Shown: piece after piece, positions 63,272 to 64,000 of the stretch | How positions within the stretch are numbered: the first letter of the stretch is position 1 | Layout: each line of letters starts with the position of its first letter | Source of the DNA: Rhodobacterales bacterium | Lineage (GTDB): Bacteria; Pseudomonadota; Alphaproteobacteria; Rhodobacterales; Rhodobacteraceae | Direction: 5' to 3' | DNA: 64,000 nucleotides | Assembly: GCA_031426185.1 (NCBI GenBank) | Contig: JANPKV010000389.1 | Location: forward strand, 29,393 to 93,392 | Translations under genes and position numbers: made by a program | The notes under the pieces: model-generated | What the model was told of the DNA's origin: nothing | The model's database searches: none | What the model saw: the letters and a program-made list of their open reading frames with translations, nothing else

Positions 63272-64000
63272 TCAATGCGGAGGGTCGGCATGGCGCAGCG
63301 CGATATCGGCGTGGGAGCCGGCGCTCTGGCGTTCGATCATGCGGTGGACGAGAGGCGGCGAGGATCCCCGATGCAGGCGCAGCAAGGTGTCGGAGACTGC
63401 GGCATCGGCGACCGTGCGGCGCATGTTGTGCCGCAGGTAGTCCTCCCAGGTGGCGACGTGGTAGCTTTCGGTCCACATGTCCGGATGTTCCAGATCGCGC
63501 AAAAGCACCCATTGCCGCGCTCCATCGCGCCTGCGGATCCGGCGGCGTTCGGTCATGGCGGCAAGGAAGACCGTGATGTCCGCTGGATCGATGTGATAGT
63601 CGATCATGACCAGGATCGGGCCACTGCGCGGGCGCAGGTCAAGCTGAAGCTCCGGCGCGCGGAACCGGTCCAGCGGCGACAGATCGATGTCCGCAAAAGA
63701 CGGTAACGGCAGGCGCAGCCCGACGAACGCCCCCGCAACCAGCCACAGCGCCGCGAGCAAAAGCGCCCGCGGGATCCCGATCGCCCCGGCGACCAGGCCC
63801 CAAAGCGCGCTGCCCGCAGCCATCCCCCCGAAAGCCGCCATCTGGTAAAACGCAAGTGTGCGGCCCAGGACCCAGCGCGGCGAGGAAAGCTGCACCGTGA
63901 CGTTGAAAAGCGACAGCGTCATGACCCAGGCCGCCCCCGCCAGCGCCACAGCGGGCAAGCCCGTCCAGAGGCTTGAGCTGACCGCAAGCACGACAAGGGC
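63272..64000 (-). CDS. MFS transporter with a C-terminal cytoplasmic extension (5' end beyond the window)
   Basis: TM segments (…LAFYQMAAFGGMAAGSALWGLVAGAIG…) are followed by a ~130-aa soluble tail. The reading frame is open to the window edge. Confidence 0.7.
   Translation of the reverse strand, partial: ALVVLAVSSSLWTGLPAVALAGAAWVMTLSLFNVTVQLSSPRWVLGRTLAFYQMAAFGGMAAGSALWGLVAGAIGIPRALLLAALWLVAGAFVGLRLPLPSFADIDLSPLDRFRAPELQLDLRPRSGPILVMIDYHIDPADITVFLAAMTERRRIRRRDGARQWVLLRDLEHPDMWTESYHVATWEDYLRHNMRRTVADAAVSDTLLRLHRGSSPPLVHRMIERQSAGSHADIALRHADPPH

Noticed and set aside
1-64000. CRISPR arrays, IS elements or transposases, integrases, tRNA/rRNA genes, prophage or known defence-system genes
   Set aside because: I read through both strands and the ORF track. 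There are no direct-repeat/spacer arrays, no DDE or tyrosine-recombinase-like ORFs, no tRNA-like cloverleaf candidates in the intergenic gaps, and no nuclease, helicase or methylase defence signatures.

Overview
Visibly GC-rich proteobacterial chromosomal DNA; gene content looks alphaproteobacterial, but that is inference. I found no rRNA, tRNA, CRISPR array, transposase or integrase. The window has two parts. (1) Positions ~340-28,000 hold a complete type VI secretion system (T6SS). Eighteen plus-strand genes run tssA-tssB-tssC-hcp-tagJ-tssE-tssF-tssG-clpV-vgrG-(unknown)-PAAR-fha-tssK-tssL-tssM-tagF-pppA, most joined by 1-4 nt start/stop overlaps. The order matches the Pseudomonas aeruginosa H1 (i3) locus. 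A minus-strand pair (OmpA-like gene plus ppkA) converges on this array. Next come a membrane-anchored M15 (LAS) peptidase resembling TagX, and a lower-GC islet carrying a DUF2778/Tlde1-like L,D-transpeptidase-fold effector with no visible immunity gene. No TssJ lipoprotein gene is present. (2) Positions ~28,000-64,000 are metabolic and transport DNA, almost all on the minus strand. They contain a TetR gene, then a sugar-type ABC operon with embedded NIF3-like and NMT1/THI5-like genes, then a flavodoxin-like reductase and a creatininase-family/FAD-oxidase operon. Next are a small glycan locus (acyltransferase-3, two GT2, divergent MsbA-like exporter) and a fused MocA-XdhC molybdenum-cofactor maturation gene. 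The last block is a ~16-kb, 13-gene packed array: FAD subunit, fused 2Fe-2S/molybdopterin hydroxylase, Hnr-like Fe-S protein, UPF0280, amino-acid-synthesis-family protein, unknown polytopic membrane protein, Liv-type ABC importer, hydantoinase A/B. It has a divergent MarR regulator, and I interpret it as an uncharacterised N-heterocycle (nicotinate-like) catabolic route. The most interesting items are the TssJ-less T6SS with its peptidoglycan-binding and peptidoglycan-cutting accessory set, the atypical PpkA sensor, the unknown VgrG-PAAR-linked protein, the orphan Tlde1-like effector with a coupled 41-codon ORF, and the hydroxylase/reductase/ATP-lactamase operon. All family calls come from reading motifs by eye and need HMM or BLAST confirmation.
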